From: Candidatus Omnitrophota bacterium
Lineage (GTDB): Bacteria > Omnitrophota > Gorgyraeia > Zapsychrales > Fredricksoniimonadaceae
NCBI GenBank assembly: GCA_903944345.1
Contig: CAJARJ010000016.1
Location: 89,852 to 153,851 of the forward strand
Direction: 5' to 3'
DNA: 64,000 nucleotides
Position numbers and translations under genes: made by a program. Each line of letters opens with the position of its first letter. Positions within the stretch are counted from its first letter, which is position 1. The notes under the pieces were generated by a model. It was not told the DNA's origin, searched no databases, and saw only the letters and a program-made list of their open reading frames with translations. Shown piece by piece: positions 32,852 through 42,817 of this stretch.

Positions 32852-33925
32852 ATGGAATTAAGAGATCTTTTGCTGGAGTCAATAAACCGGGCCGCTTCAG
32901 ATCTCCATCTTACCAGCGGGATGCCTCCGATTCTCCGGATTGATGGGGATCTGGTTCAAATGAGTGCCCCGCCGCTATCTGCAGACGACACCAAAAGAAT
33001 GATCTACGGTGTTATGTCTGATACTCAAAAGATTCAGTTCGAAGAAGAAAAAGAACTGGATTTCTCGCTGGCGATGACCGGGCTTGATCGTTTTCGTGTC
33101 AATGTTCATATCCAGAGAAGCAGTATCGAAGCTGCGTTCAGAAGAGTCCCGATTTTTATCCCTTCGGCGGATGAACTCAAGCTGCCGCCGATAATCAAGT
33201 CATTGGCGCTCAAAATGAGCGGGTTGGTTCTGGTTACAGGCCCCACCGGGACAGGTAAATCGACCACGATGGCGGCCATGGTCCAGTTGATCAATTCCGA
33301 GCGCAGTTGCATGATCATGGCCATTGAGGATCCGATAGAATTTCTTCATCCCAACAAGAAGTCGGTCATCAAACAGCGCGAAGTCTATCGTGACACCCAT
33401 TCGTTTGCTGAAGCTTTGAAACGTTGTCTGCGTCAGGACCCCGATGTCATTATTGTCGGTGAGATGCGTGATCTGGAAACCATTGCCACTGCGCTGACTG
33501 CGGCAGAAACCGGACACCTGGTTCTGGCAACACTGCATACTCCTGATGCGCCCCAGACGATTGAGCGTATTATTGACGTTTTCCCTCCTCATCAGCAGAT
33601 GCAGATTCGCCAACAGTTGGCGAGCTGCCTTCAGGGAGTTGTTTCGCAGAAACTGTTACCGCATATGAGCGGCAAAGGTCGGGTTCTGGCCCTTGAGATC
33701 ATGATTGCGACACCGGCTATACGTAATATGATACGGGAACAAAGTGTTGAGCAAATGCCGACTATTATTCAAACCGGAGCTCAATATGGTATGAAGACGA
33801 TGGATCGTTCCCTGCGGGATCTTTTTGAGTCAGGGCAGGTGACACTTGACGTTGCTTTGAGCCATGCCAAGAATGCCGAGGAATTTAGACAATTTACCAG
33901 GGTTATGCCCGGGATCAAAAGATAG
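32852..33925 (+). CDS. pilT: Type IV pilus retraction ATPase PilT
   Basis: ASDLH, GPTGTGKSTT, LRQDPD, AAETGHLV, AIRNMIRE. Confidence 0.93.
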   Translation: MELRDLLLESINRAASDLHLTSGMPPILRIDGDLVQMSAPPLSADDTKRMIYGVMSDTQKIQFEEEKELDFSLAMTGLDRFRVNVHIQRSSIEAAFRRVPIFIPSADELKLPPIIKSLALKMSGLVLVTGPTGTGKSTTMAAMVQLINSERSCMIMAIEDPIEFLHPNKKSVIKQREVYRDTHSFAEALKRCLRQDPDVIIVGEMRDLETIATALTAAETGHLVLATLHTPDAPQTIERIIDVFPPHQQMQIRQQLASCLQGVVSQKLLPHMSGKGRVLALEIMIATPAIRNMIREQSVEQMPTIIQTGAQYGMKTMDRSLRDLFESGQVTLDVALSHAKNAEEFRQFTRVMPGIKR

Positions 33926-33935
33926 AGAGGGAAAT

Positions 33936-35030
33936 ATGTCTTATCGTATTACATTGCTTCCCGGGGACGGTATTGGTCCGGAAGTTTCTTCTGCCATGCA
34001 GAAGTGTGTTGATGCCACCGGAGTTGATATCCTTTGGGAAGAGGTGATGGTGGGCGCTCCAGCCATTGCGCAGCACGGTACCCCGTTGCCTCAGGCGGCA
34101 ATTGATTCAATCAAGAAGAATAAGGTTGCCATCAAGGGACCAATTGAAACTCCGGTTGGCAAGGGGTTTCGTTCTGTGAATGTTCAGTTGCGCCAGGAAC
34201 TGGATCTTTTTGCCTGTGTGCGTCCGGCCAGGTACATTGAGGGGACTCAGGCAGTCAACAAGAACGTCAACCTGATGATTTTCCGGGAGAATACCGAGGA
34301 TCTTTATTCTGGGGTTGAGTTTGATCAGGGGTCTCCAGAGGCGAGCCAGCTGATTTCTTTGGTTAACTCTTTTCCGGGCAAGAAAGTTCGTCCGGATTCT
34401 TCTATATCGATAAAGCCCATTTCTGCTTTTGGGTCAGAACGAATTATTCGTGCCGCTTTTGAGTATGCGGTTAATCATGGCCGCAAGAAGGTGTCGCTGG
34501 TTCATAAAGCAAACATTATGAAATATACAGACGGATTGTTTTTGCATACGGGTCGCAAGATGGCAGAGGAGTATGCGGGGCGGGTTGTTTTCGAGGATGT
34601 TATCGTTGACAACATGTGCATGCAGCTTGTGCAGAGGCCTGAAAATTACGATGTTCTGGTTTTGACCAATCTTTATGGGGATATTATTTCTGATCTTTGT
34701 GCGGGCCTGGTCGGAGGACTCGGGCTGGCTCCGGGAGCAAATATCGGAACGGCTGCGGCGTTGTTTGAACCGGTGCACGGATCGGCCCCCAAATATGCGG
34801 GACTTAACAAGGTTAATCCTACCGCCACGATTCTATCGGCGGTGATGATGTTGGATCATATCGGAGAAGCCGTTGCGGCCAGGCGTCTGGAAACGGCGGT
34901 GTTCGACGTGATCAGGGCAGGTAAAGATGTAACTTATGACCTTAAATCTGATCGCAATGATGTGTCGGCTGTTGGAACAAAAGAAATGGCCCAGGCTATC
35001 TGTCAGAGGATAAAAGCTCTTGGTAATTAA
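33936..35030 (+). CDS. Isocitrate/isopropylmalate dehydrogenase family (probably NAD-IDH)
   Basis: [30 protein letters not shown]. Confidence 0.85.
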   Translation: MSYRITLLPGDGIGPEVSSAMQKCVDATGVDILWEEVMVGAPAIAQHGTPLPQAAIDSIKKNKVAIKGPIETPVGKGFRSVNVQLRQELDLFACVRPARYIEGTQAVNKNVNLMIFRENTEDLYSGVEFDQGSPEASQLISLVNSFPGKKVRPDSSISIKPISAFGSERIIRAAFEYAVNHGRKKVSLVHKANIMKYTDGLFLHTGRKMAEEYAGRVVFEDVIVDNMCMQLVQRPENYDVLVLTNLYGDIISDLCAGLVGGLGLAPGANIGTAAALFEPVHGSAPKYAGLNKVNPTATILSAVMMLDHIGEAVAARRLETAVFDVIRAGKDVTYDLKSDRNDVSAVGTKEMAQAICQRIKALGN

Positions 35031-35075
35031 GGAAGCTTTCTGTTTTTTGTATTTATGAGGTTGTTTCAATACTTT

Positions 35076-35109
35076 AAACCCCGTTTTTGAAAATAAGCGG
35101 GGTTTTTTT
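35076..35109 (+). terminator. Intrinsic terminator
   Basis: aaaccccgttt...aagcggggttt followed by a T run. Confidence 0.75.
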
Positions 35110-35125
35110 CTTGGATCATGGCAGA

Positions 35126-35776
35126 ATGATGTCACCTATACGATTTGAAGACTGGGGTATCGTAGATTATCAGACGGCATGGCTACGGCAGAAGAAGCTG
35201 GTTGGGGAAGTGGTTGCCGGGGCAGGGGACGTTCTTGTTGTTTGCGAGCATCCATGCGTGATTACTTTGGGGCGACAGGCGCATGAACAGAATCTTTTGT
35301 TGAGTCGTTCCGGTTTACAGGAAAAAGGTGTTCCGGTTTTGAGTGTTGATCGTGGCGGAGACGTCACGCTGCATGCTCCCGGGCAGATGGTCGTTTATCC
35401 TCTCGTTGATCTTAAACGGGCAGGGATGGGACTTAAAAAATATCTGATCAATTTGGAACAAGTGGTCGTTGCTTTCCTGGCGGGTTTTGGTATAGTGGCA
35501 AACGGTGACGAAAGCCGTCGGGGGGTATGGGTCGGCAATAAAAAGATCGCGTCGATCGGAATCGGCGTGTCCCGTTGGGTATCTTTTCACGGTATCGGGC
35601 TGAATATTGCTACTGACCTGAGTTTGTTTCGTTTGATCCGGCCATGTGGGCTTTCTGTGGAAATGACATCAGTCAGCGAATTGCTTCATAAGCGGGTGCC
35701 GGTTAGCGACACCAAGAGTTTATTCGGAGAACAGTTTGTGCGTACGTTCAACTCGGACTTTTCTGTCAAAAGTTGA
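35126..35776 (+). CDS. lipB: Octanoyltransferase LipB
   Basis: EHPCVITLGR, DRGGDVTLHAPGQ, KIASIG, PCGL. Confidence 0.93.
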   Translation: MMSPIRFEDWGIVDYQTAWLRQKKLVGEVVAGAGDVLVVCEHPCVITLGRQAHEQNLLLSRSGLQEKGVPVLSVDRGGDVTLHAPGQMVVYPLVDLKRAGMGLKKYLINLEQVVVAFLAGFGIVANGDESRRGVWVGNKKIASIGIGVSRWVSFHGIGLNIATDLSLFRLIRPCGLSVEMTSVSELLHKRVPVSDTKSLFGEQFVRTFNSDFSVKS

Positions 35777-35830
35777 GTTTCGGGCTGATCTGGATTTGGA
35801 ATAATTTTCTGTGCAGGCGGAGGTTGCCAG

Positions 35831-36061
35831 GTGATCCCTGTTATTATCCCTGATCTCGGGGAAGAAATCATAAAAGTCCAGTTGGTCGGCTGGTTGGTTG
35901 CTGAAGGCCAGCAGCTGTCAGAAGGCGAGGATATCGCCGAGGTTGTTACTGATAAAGCGGTGTTTAATATAGCCTCACCGGCCGCAGGGGTCTTTCTCCG
36001 GAAACATTACGAAGCCGGGGCGGAAATTGATGTCGGCACCATGATTGCCGAGATTGGTTAA
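35831..36061 (+). CDS. Stand-alone lipoyl-domain protein
   Basis: 76 aa; PDLGE...W...EVVTDKAVFNIASPAAG (lipoyl-Lys DKA motif); SD GGAGG. Confidence 0.85.
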   Translation: MIPVIIPDLGEEIIKVQLVGWLVAEGQQLSEGEDIAEVVTDKAVFNIASPAAGVFLRKHYEAGAEIDVGTMIAEIG

Positions 36062-36064
36062 GAT

Positions 36065-37201
36065 ATGAAGAAGAAAATTCTGTTGATGTACATTTCTAAA
36101 GTTTCAGGTCATCGTCAGGCAACGGTAGCCATTGAACGATCAATTGAAAAGATGATTCCGCAGGCGGAGGTTCACAGCATTAACGGGTTTGGCTACAATT
36201 ACCCTGTTCTGGAGCGAGTGATTAATGCTGCTTATATGGGGGTGATTTGTCATACTCCAAAAGTATGGGATTATTTGTATGATAATCCCAAGGTGGTCAA
36301 GCGTTCCGCCAATTTACGAAAGTTCCTCAACCGTTCCAGCCACAAGAAGCTGGAGAAGCTTTTTTCTTCTTTTCCCGCCGATCTTGTGATCTGTTCCCAG
36401 GCTTTCCCTTGCGGGATGGTGGCGGATTACAAGCTTTCCAAGGGTCTGAAAATGAAACTTATTGGGGTTCTGACAGATTGGGCCCCGCACTCATTCTGGA
36501 TTCACCCCGGAGTGGATTACTATGTTGTCCCTTCGGAGGATACCAGGGAGCGTTTTGTCAAGAAGGGCGTCCCGGCTGAAAAGATCAAGGTTTTGGGGAT
36601 CCCGATTCATTACAAGTTTGCCGAGAGACACGACAGATTAAGGATCAAGACTAAATTGGGACTGGATCCTTTGGTTCCTGTTGTGTTGATTATGGGTGGA
36701 GGCCAGGGGTTGGGGCCAGTCAAGGATGCCTTGCGTTGTATGACGAAGCTCTCCATTCCGGTTCAGTTTGTTGTTGTTGCCGGAGCCAATCTCAGACTTT
36801 ATCAGTGGTTGCTCAAGTTCGCGCGCACATCATCAAAGAAAATATTGCCGCTGGATTTTGCCGCCAATGTCGATGAATTGATGGATGCAGCTTCATTGAT
36901 TGTAACCAAGCCCGGAGGCATGACTACATCTGAATGTTTGGTTAAGGGAGTCCCGATGGTGATTCTTAACCCTTTACCGGGTCAAGAAGTCAGAAACTCG
37001 GATTTTCTGATCGAGAAGGGGATTGCTGTGCATGTTCACGATGTCCGCGATCTTGCGGAAGAAGTCGAATTGCTTTTGCGTTCTCCTGATCGGTTGGCTT
37101 CCATGAGCCAGAAAGCTCTTGAATACGGCAAGCCGCATGCTGCGGACGATATTACCCGTCTGGCGATGACCTTGATTGGAACTGGTGAATTAGCACGCTA
37201 G
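36065..37201 (+). CDS. MGDG synthase/UgtP-like diacylglycerol glycosyltransferase (GT28)
   Basis: SGHRQA, VLTDW, GIPI, MGGGQG, TKPGGMT, PGQE. Confidence 0.85.
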   Translation: MKKKILLMYISKVSGHRQATVAIERSIEKMIPQAEVHSINGFGYNYPVLERVINAAYMGVICHTPKVWDYLYDNPKVVKRSANLRKFLNRSSHKKLEKLFSSFPADLVICSQAFPCGMVADYKLSKGLKMKLIGVLTDWAPHSFWIHPGVDYYVVPSEDTRERFVKKGVPAEKIKVLGIPIHYKFAERHDRLRIKTKLGLDPLVPVVLIMGGGQGLGPVKDALRCMTKLSIPVQFVVVAGANLRLYQWLLKFARTSSKKILPLDFAANVDELMDAASLIVTKPGGMTTSECLVKGVPMVILNPLPGQEVRNSDFLIEKGIAVHVHDVRDLAEEVELLLRSPDRLASMSQKALEYGKPHAADDITRLAMTLIGTGELAR

Positions 37202-37280
37202 GACAGGTTGGTTCCGGAAATTTTCCCGGGAAGAGCAGATTGCTCCTTTGACAATATCGAGTTGATGTGTAGAACAAATC

Positions 37281-38168
37281 ATGTTTCAGTACTTGCTTTA
37301 TAAAATAGGTCAGGGACTTATTCATTGCGTACCGCGCAGGTGGGCCTATGCGTTGGCACTGTTTTTGTCCGATTGGCATTTCCGGTTTTCTACCAAAGAC
37401 CGGGAGGCTGTTATGGCAAATTTGCGTTATATTACCGGCTCGGATCAGGATATCGAGTCAAGAGCCAGACAGGTGTTTCGCAATTTTGGACGTTATCTGG
37501 TGGATTTCTTTTTTATGTACCAGGTCAATGATCATTTTCTGCGCGATCAACTGAGAATTGAAGGTCGGGAACATCTTGAAGCGGCGTTAGCCAGGCAGAA
37601 AGGTGTCATTATTCTTACTGCGCATATTGGAAATTGGGAAATGGGGGCTGCCGTTCTGGCCAAAATGGGGCATAAACTGACGGCGATTGCGTTGCCGCAT
37701 AAACAGAAACTGGTTAACGGACTTTTTAATCGTCAGCGCATAGCGCATGGGGTGACAGTTGTCCCAACAAGTGTTTCCGTTCGTAAATGTGTTGAGGCCT
37801 TGCGCCGGGGAGAGCTGATCGCCCTGCTGGGTGACCGGGATTTTGGCGCATTCGGGGAACTTTTACCTTTTCTTGGCAGGATGACCCACATTCCCAAAGG
37901 GGCGGCTTTCTTTTCCGTGAAGACCAAGGCGCCAATCCTTCCTTCGTTTTTGGTTCCGGACGGGAAAGGCGGGTATGTCATGTCGTTCTTTGAGCCGATT
38001 TATCCTTCTTGTGCAGTTGCCGGGGAAGCGCTCTCTGCTATTCAGCAGATCATGCGGCGTTATGTCAGCGTTATAGAGAGCAAGATCATCGAAGACCCTG
38101 CGCAGTGGCTGATGTTCAGGCAATTTGGAGTTGAAAATGAAGGTTTGCATACTCATTCCGGCGTATAA
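37281..38168 (+). CDS. LpxL/PatA-family lipid acyltransferase
   Basis: TAHIGNWE, ALLGDR, PAQWLMF. Confidence 0.85.
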   Translation: MFQYLLYKIGQGLIHCVPRRWAYALALFLSDWHFRFSTKDREAVMANLRYITGSDQDIESRARQVFRNFGRYLVDFFFMYQVNDHFLRDQLRIEGREHLEAALARQKGVIILTAHIGNWEMGAAVLAKMGHKLTAIALPHKQKLVNGLFNRQRIAHGVTVVPTSVSVRKCVEALRRGELIALLGDRDFGAFGELLPFLGRMTHIPKGAAFFSVKTKAPILPSFLVPDGKGGYVMSFFEPIYPSCAVAGEALSAIQQIMRRYVSVIESKIIEDPAQWLMFRQFGVENEGLHTHSGV

Positions 38169-38805
38169 CGAGGCCAAGAATATCGCTCGCTTGGTTCAGG
38201 AGATTCGCAAACAGGGATTATATGCTCTGGTTGTTGACGATGGATCTGCCGATGCCACCGCCAGGCTTGCGGCGGAGGCAGGAGCCGAGGTTTTGGTAAA
38301 TCCTTCCAATCAAGGCAAGGGCTTCTCCTTGCAGCGTGGATTTGATCATATTGCCAATCAGGGGATATACGCTGCTCTTATAACCATGGATGGTGATGGG
38401 CAGCATGCACTGGAAGATTTGTCTGCTTTTGTAGCCTTGTTTGAAAAAGGTGGAACTGATATTATTTGCGGCAACCGGATGAATAATCCCCAAAGGATGC
38501 CTTTACTCCGGTTAGCGACGAATAGATTTATGTCGTGGTTGATTTCTCTGGTATGCCGACAGCGCGTGGAAGACAGCCAATGCGGGTTTCGTCTTATCAG
38601 GACAGAGGTTCTAAAGCATATTCATCTGGCTTCAACCGGTTTTGAGATTGAATCTGAGGTGTTGATCAAGGCGGCTAAAAAAGGATATCGAATCGGGTCG
38701 GTCGATATCCGGACAATCTATGCTGGGGAGAAAAGCAGGATTAATCCGTTTTCCGACACATGGCGTTTTATTGTTTATATTGTTCGCGAACTTCTTGCCC
38801 GCTGA
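38137..38805 (+). CDS. GT2 glycosyltransferase (DPM1-like)
   Basis: IPAYNE, VDDGS, MDGDGQH, DSQCGFR. Confidence 0.9.
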   Translation: MKVCILIPAYNEAKNIARLVQEIRKQGLYALVVDDGSADATARLAAEAGAEVLVNPSNQGKGFSLQRGFDHIANQGIYAALITMDGDGQHALEDLSAFVALFEKGGTDIICGNRMNNPQRMPLLRLATNRFMSWLISLVCRQRVEDSQCGFRLIRTEVLKHIHLASTGFEIESEVLIKAAKKGYRIGSVDIRTIYAGEKSRINPFSDTWRFIVYIVRELLAR

Positions 38806-38822
38806 CAGCTTCGGATAGGATC

Positions 38823-39500
38823 ATGGAAGAAAGAATTTTTTATATAGCTATTATCTTGTCGCTGGTTTTTCATGTTGCTCTTCTGACGAGGATTACCGGT
38901 CAGGTCAATGTTCTTGAGCAGATGAAAAAGAAGAATCCCGAGATGGTCTACGAGGCGGTCAGGCCGGCACCTGTCAGAAACGAGAAAGTTTCGGAGATTT
39001 CTGTCCAGCAGACGGCTGCTGCGGCGCGTGTCGAGGTTCCTGCAACGACACATCAGGAAACGTCCAGAGAGATTCCCTTGTTTCGTAAGACCGGACCGGA
39101 AGTGGATACTTACAGAATGTATGAGCGCCAGCCGGAGAAACTGAAAGGCTCCCGGGTTACCAAGGAAGTTGTTATTCCGGTATTGAAGTCTGAAAAGATA
39201 GATACACCGACATATGTTTCTTATTATCAGATTGTGCGTGACCGGATCCGGGAGCGGGCTTATGTCAATTATGTTAAGCTCAGTATTGGGGAGGTTTACA
39301 TAACTTTCGTGATTCGTTCGGATGGAAGTCTTGACCAGATGCAGATTATTGAAAGTCGGACGATCGCAAATGATTTTCTGCGGCAAGTCGGAGAACGCAG
39401 CGTTCGGGAGGCGGCTCCTTTCCCTCCGTTTCCAGCCGAGCTTAATTATCCCGAGTTGACTTTTAATATTGCCATATCGTTTCAGTATCGGGAGGATTGA
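38823..39500 (+). CDS. TonB/TolA-like membrane-anchored protein
   Basis: N-terminal TM with SLVFH (SxxxH) motif; C-terminal FVIRSDG...AAPFPPFP. Confidence 0.75.
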   Translation: MEERIFYIAIILSLVFHVALLTRITGQVNVLEQMKKKNPEMVYEAVRPAPVRNEKVSEISVQQTAAAARVEVPATTHQETSREIPLFRKTGPEVDTYRMYERQPEKLKGSRVTKEVVIPVLKSEKIDTPTYVSYYQIVRDRIRERAYVNYVKLSIGEVYITFVIRSDGSLDQMQIIESRTIANDFLRQVGERSVREAAPFPPFPAELNYPELTFNIAISFQYRED

Positions 39501-39555
39501 GGCTGACGGGGTGTGATTCTCTGCCGGAGAAAGTATCGGCTTGTCGGCTGGTTTG

Positions 39556-39564
39556 TGCTAGAAT
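39556..39564 (+). promoter_or_regulatory. Extended -10 promoter element
   Basis: TGcTAGAAT ~45 nt upstream of ATG 39609. Confidence 0.45.
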
Positions 39565-39608
39565 CAGTATCATTTTTCAACAGAAGATATTCCATGAGAG
39601 GTGAAAGT

Positions 39609-40025
39609 ATGTGTTCTGAAAAAAATAGCGACGTATCTTGTAAAGACGATGTGAATCAGCCTAAAGACGCTGAAGATTGCTCGTGTCAGGGGTGCGGGAG
39701 CGATTGTTCCTGTGAAGATGAGTGTTCGGATGATTGTTCCTGTGGGCAAGGTGGCGGCGAGATGCAGGTTAATTTTGCTAACTATTTGATGTCAATGGCC
39801 TATCAGGCAATGATTTTCCTGGGAGAGCTTCCCAATCCGGCCACCGGGCAAACGGAGCGCAATATTCGTCAGGCCAAGTTCCTGATTGATACTCTGGCAA
39901 TGATTCAGGAAAAGACCAGAGGAAATCTTTCTCAGGAGGAAGAGGCCTTTCTTTCCACATCCCTGGGTGAACTTAGAACAAAGCATCTTGAGGCTGTAGA
40001 AAAAGAAAAGTCCGGAAAAAACTAA
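39609..40025 (+). CDS. DUF1844-family protein with Cys-rich acidic N-terminus
   Basis: LGELPNPATG...AKFLIDTL...EKTRGNL; SD GAGGTG before ATG 39609. Confidence 0.75.
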   Translation: MCSEKNSDVSCKDDVNQPKDAEDCSCQGCGSDCSCEDECSDDCSCGQGGGEMQVNFANYLMSMAYQAMIFLGELPNPATGQTERNIRQAKFLIDTLAMIQEKTRGNLSQEEEAFLSTSLGELRTKHLEAVEKEKSGKN

Positions 40026-40037
40026 CGGAGATTTGTC

Positions 40038-40199
40038 ATGATCGATAAAGAGTTGCTTTCTATTCTGGCGTGTCCGGCCTGTCAGTCTGATCTTGTGCAG
40101 AAGGGGGAACAGCTGGTGTGCCAGAATGCGGATTGTGCCTTGAAGTATCCTGTCCGTAACGGGATCCCAGTTTTGCTTGTGGATGAGGCTTCCAGATAG
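40038..40199 (+). CDS. Trm112/YcaR-family protein (53 aa, not in ORF track)
   Basis: [15 protein letters not shown]...LVCQNADC...[15 protein letters not shown]; SD GGAG. Confidence 0.9.
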   Translation: MIDKELLSILACPACQSDLVQKGEQLVCQNADCALKYPVRNGIPVLLVDEASR

Positions 40200-40225
40200 C
40201 GGAATCGGTAATCAGTGGGGAATAT

Positions 40226-40669
40226 ATGAAGAAAATTCTTGTGATTCATGGGCCTAATTTGCAGCTGTTAGGGCAGAGAGAGACCGCTATTTACGGGGTT
40301 TTGACCATGGAAGAAATTAACAAGACGCTGGAAGCGGTGGCTGCTTCACGTCAGGCACAGTTAACTTTTTTTCAGTCGAATCACGAGGGCGGTATTGTGG
40401 ATCGGATCGGAGTAGCTTCTGCGGAGGGGTTTGCCGGGATAGTTATTAATCCTGCGGCGTATACTCATACCAGTGTTGCGATTCGGGATGCTGTTTCGGC
40501 TAGTCCCTTGCCTGTCGTTGAGGTGCATTTGTCCAATATTCATAAAAGAGAAGAGTTTCGTCATCATTCCATAATTGCTCCTGCGGCCTGCGGACAGATT
40601 AGCGGTTTTGGCGCACAGAGTTATGTGCTTGGTTTAATGGCGGTTATCGGCATTCTTGAGAGTCATTGA
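40226..40669 (+). CDS. aroQ: Type II 3-dehydroquinate dehydratase
   Basis: HGPNL.LLGQRE, QSNHEG, EVHLSNI. Confidence 0.96.
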   Translation: MKKILVIHGPNLQLLGQRETAIYGVLTMEEINKTLEAVAASRQAQLTFFQSNHEGGIVDRIGVASAEGFAGIVINPAAYTHTSVAIRDAVSASPLPVVEVHLSNIHKREEFRHHSIIAPAACGQISGFGAQSYVLGLMAVIGILESH

Positions 40670-41730
40670 CTGTGACTGCTCGTATTTCTTCTCTCACGGC
40701 ATTGTTCGCGATTTTCAAGATTGATGCTCTTTTGCTTTGTGATGATGCCAGCATATTTTATCTTACCGGTTATCCTGCTCATGAATCCTGGCTTCTGGTC
40801 ACAACGCAGACAGCGCATTTTATTACAGATTCTCGCTATTATCTTGAAGCACAAGAGGGCCTGAAAGCAACAGGGATAGAAGTGATTGATTCCGGAGTTT
40901 TGCCGGTTGCGCTTACTTTGTCTTTGGCCAAACGCTGGAAGATTAGAGCTTTGGGTCTTGATGAAAGGCGCGTTAATGCCGCCCTGGTTCGCAGGCTGCG
41001 TACAGATAAGCCTGCAAGTCTGTCTTTGAAAGCGGCGGACGGGATTGTTGACGGTCTGAGGATGGTCAAGGATGTCTTTGAATTGGACAAAATAAAGGCG
41101 GCAATCAAGATCAATTTACAGTTATATAAATATCTTTCTGCGAGGATTCGCGATTCGCGCAGGGAAATAGATTATCTGCAAGATCTTGAAGGGTTTGTGC
41201 GCCGAAAGAAGGTGGCGTTCTCTTTTCCTCCGATTATTGCTTCCGGCCCTAATGCCGCAATGCCGCATGCTCGTGTGACTGGGCGGAAACTCTCTACAGG
41301 AGAAGCACTTCTGGTTGATGTGGGGGTAGAAAAGGATGGCTACAAGTCCGACTTGACACGTATGTTCTTTTTGGGTAAAATGAGCCTCCGTTTCAGACAA
41401 GTTTTCTCGCATGTCCAGGAGGCGCAATTAAAAGCGATAGCACGGATCAAGCCTGGTGTTGCAGCAAAAGATATAGATAGTGCGGCACGCCTGTATCTGA
41501 AAGAAAAGAGTCTTGACCAGTATTTCGGGCACTCTCTTGGGCATGGGGTAGGGATTGATGTTCATGAAATGCCCTCTATTTCTCAGCGAAGTAATATTAT
41601 ATTAAAAGAAGGCATGGTTTTTACGGTTGAACCAGGGGTGTATATCCCTGGTCAGTTCGGAGTACGTCTGGAAGAAATGGTTCTGGTAACAAAAACAGGA
41701 TGTGAGGTATTAAGTGTCGATCGCAATTAA
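40666..41730 (+). CDS. Xaa-Pro aminopeptidase (M24B)
   Basis: [24 protein letters not shown]. Confidence 0.9.
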   Translation: MTVTARISSLTALFAIFKIDALLLCDDASIFYLTGYPAHESWLLVTTQTAHFITDSRYYLEAQEGLKATGIEVIDSGVLPVALTLSLAKRWKIRALGLDERRVNAALVRRLRTDKPASLSLKAADGIVDGLRMVKDVFELDKIKAAIKINLQLYKYLSARIRDSRREIDYLQDLEGFVRRKKVAFSFPPIIASGPNAAMPHARVTGRKLSTGEALLVDVGVEKDGYKSDLTRMFFLGKMSLRFRQVFSHVQEAQLKAIARIKPGVAAKDIDSAARLYLKEKSLDQYFGHSLGHGVGIDVHEMPSISQRSNIILKEGMVFTVEPGVYIPGQFGVRLEEMVLVTKTGCEVLSVDRN

Positions 41731-42280
41731 TGAAGTTTCCAAAGGCCTAGCCCTCAATATTGAAGGAAATATTTGCGTTATTGTAGACTTCAGTCATGTC
41801 AAACCTGCCAAGGGTAGTGCGTTTGTACGTATCAAGCTCAAGAATTTGAAGACTGCTTCCGTCATTGAGCGGACTTATCGTTCTGCAGAAACACTTGAGG
41901 ATGTTCCGCTAGAAGAGCGGCGTTTTCAGTTTTTATACAGTTCCGGGGACGAGTTTCACTTTATGGATCAGACTACATATGAGGAGCATATTCTTCGGGG
42001 GGAAGAACTTGGAGATATGGTGAATTTTCTTCTGGAGAATCTCCAGGTTTTTGGTTTTGTCTATCAGGAAAAAGTTCTCAAGATTGAACTGCCGAATTTT
42101 ATTGTGACCAGGATCGTGGAGACCGAACCTGGAGTTAAGGGCGATTCAACCAAATCCAATACGAAGCCGGCCAAGATCGAAACAGGGGCGACTATTCTTG
42201 TTCCTTTGTTCGTCAACGTTGATGATGACGTGAAGATCGATACCCGGTCCGGTTCGTATGTTGAAAGGGTGAAAAGATGA
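41714..42280 (+). CDS. efp: Elongation factor P
   Basis: HVKPAKGSAFVR, KPAKIETG, IDTRSGSY. Confidence 0.96.
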   Translation: MSIAINEVSKGLALNIEGNICVIVDFSHVKPAKGSAFVRIKLKNLKTASVIERTYRSAETLEDVPLEERRFQFLYSSGDEFHFMDQTTYEEHILRGEELGDMVNFLLENLQVFGFVYQEKVLKIELPNFIVTRIVETEPGVKGDSTKSNTKPAKIETGATILVPLFVNVDDDVKIDTRSGSYVERVKR

Positions 42281-42747
42281 ATCTGAAAGAACTTAAGGAA
42301 ATGATCGAGCTCATGAACGAAAACGGCTTGGCCGAGATTGAGATCGAGAACGGGGCAACAAAAGTAAAAGTCAAAAAAGCTTTTGAATCCGTCCCGGCCG
42401 TTGCTCCGGTGGTTTATACGCCTTCGCCTGCCGTGGTTCCTGCGCGTACAGATATGGCTTCAATACCGGCTGCTGCGAATTCGTCTGTCGAGCCAGTTAT
42501 TAATCTGCAGGAAATCAAATCTCCGATGGTGGGTACGTTCTATCGTTCTCCTTCACCGGAAGCTGCGCCTTTTCTTGAGATCGGACAGACAGTTGAGGTC
42601 GGTCAGGTCGTTTGCATCATCGAAGCGATGAAGTTGATGAACGAAATCAAGAGTGAAGTCAGGGGCAAAGTGGTTGAGATCGGTGTTGATAACGCCGAGC
42701 CTGTTGAATTCGGACAGGTTCTGTTTCGTGTAGCTCCGATAAAGTAG
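42277..42747 (+). CDS. accB: Biotin carboxyl carrier protein
   Basis: [17 protein letters not shown]. Confidence 0.97.
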   Translation: MNLKELKEMIELMNENGLAEIEIENGATKVKVKKAFESVPAVAPVVYTPSPAVVPARTDMASIPAAANSSVEPVINLQEIKSPMVGTFYRSPSPEAAPFLEIGQTVEVGQVVCIIEAMKLMNEIKSEVRGKVVEIGVDNAEPVEFGQVLFRVAPIK

Positions 42748-42817
42748 CTCCCTGTATTTGGCGAGTCCGGTTTCCGAGCAGATTCTGGCAGACCTTTTGA
42801 TAAACAGAAAGACAGAC

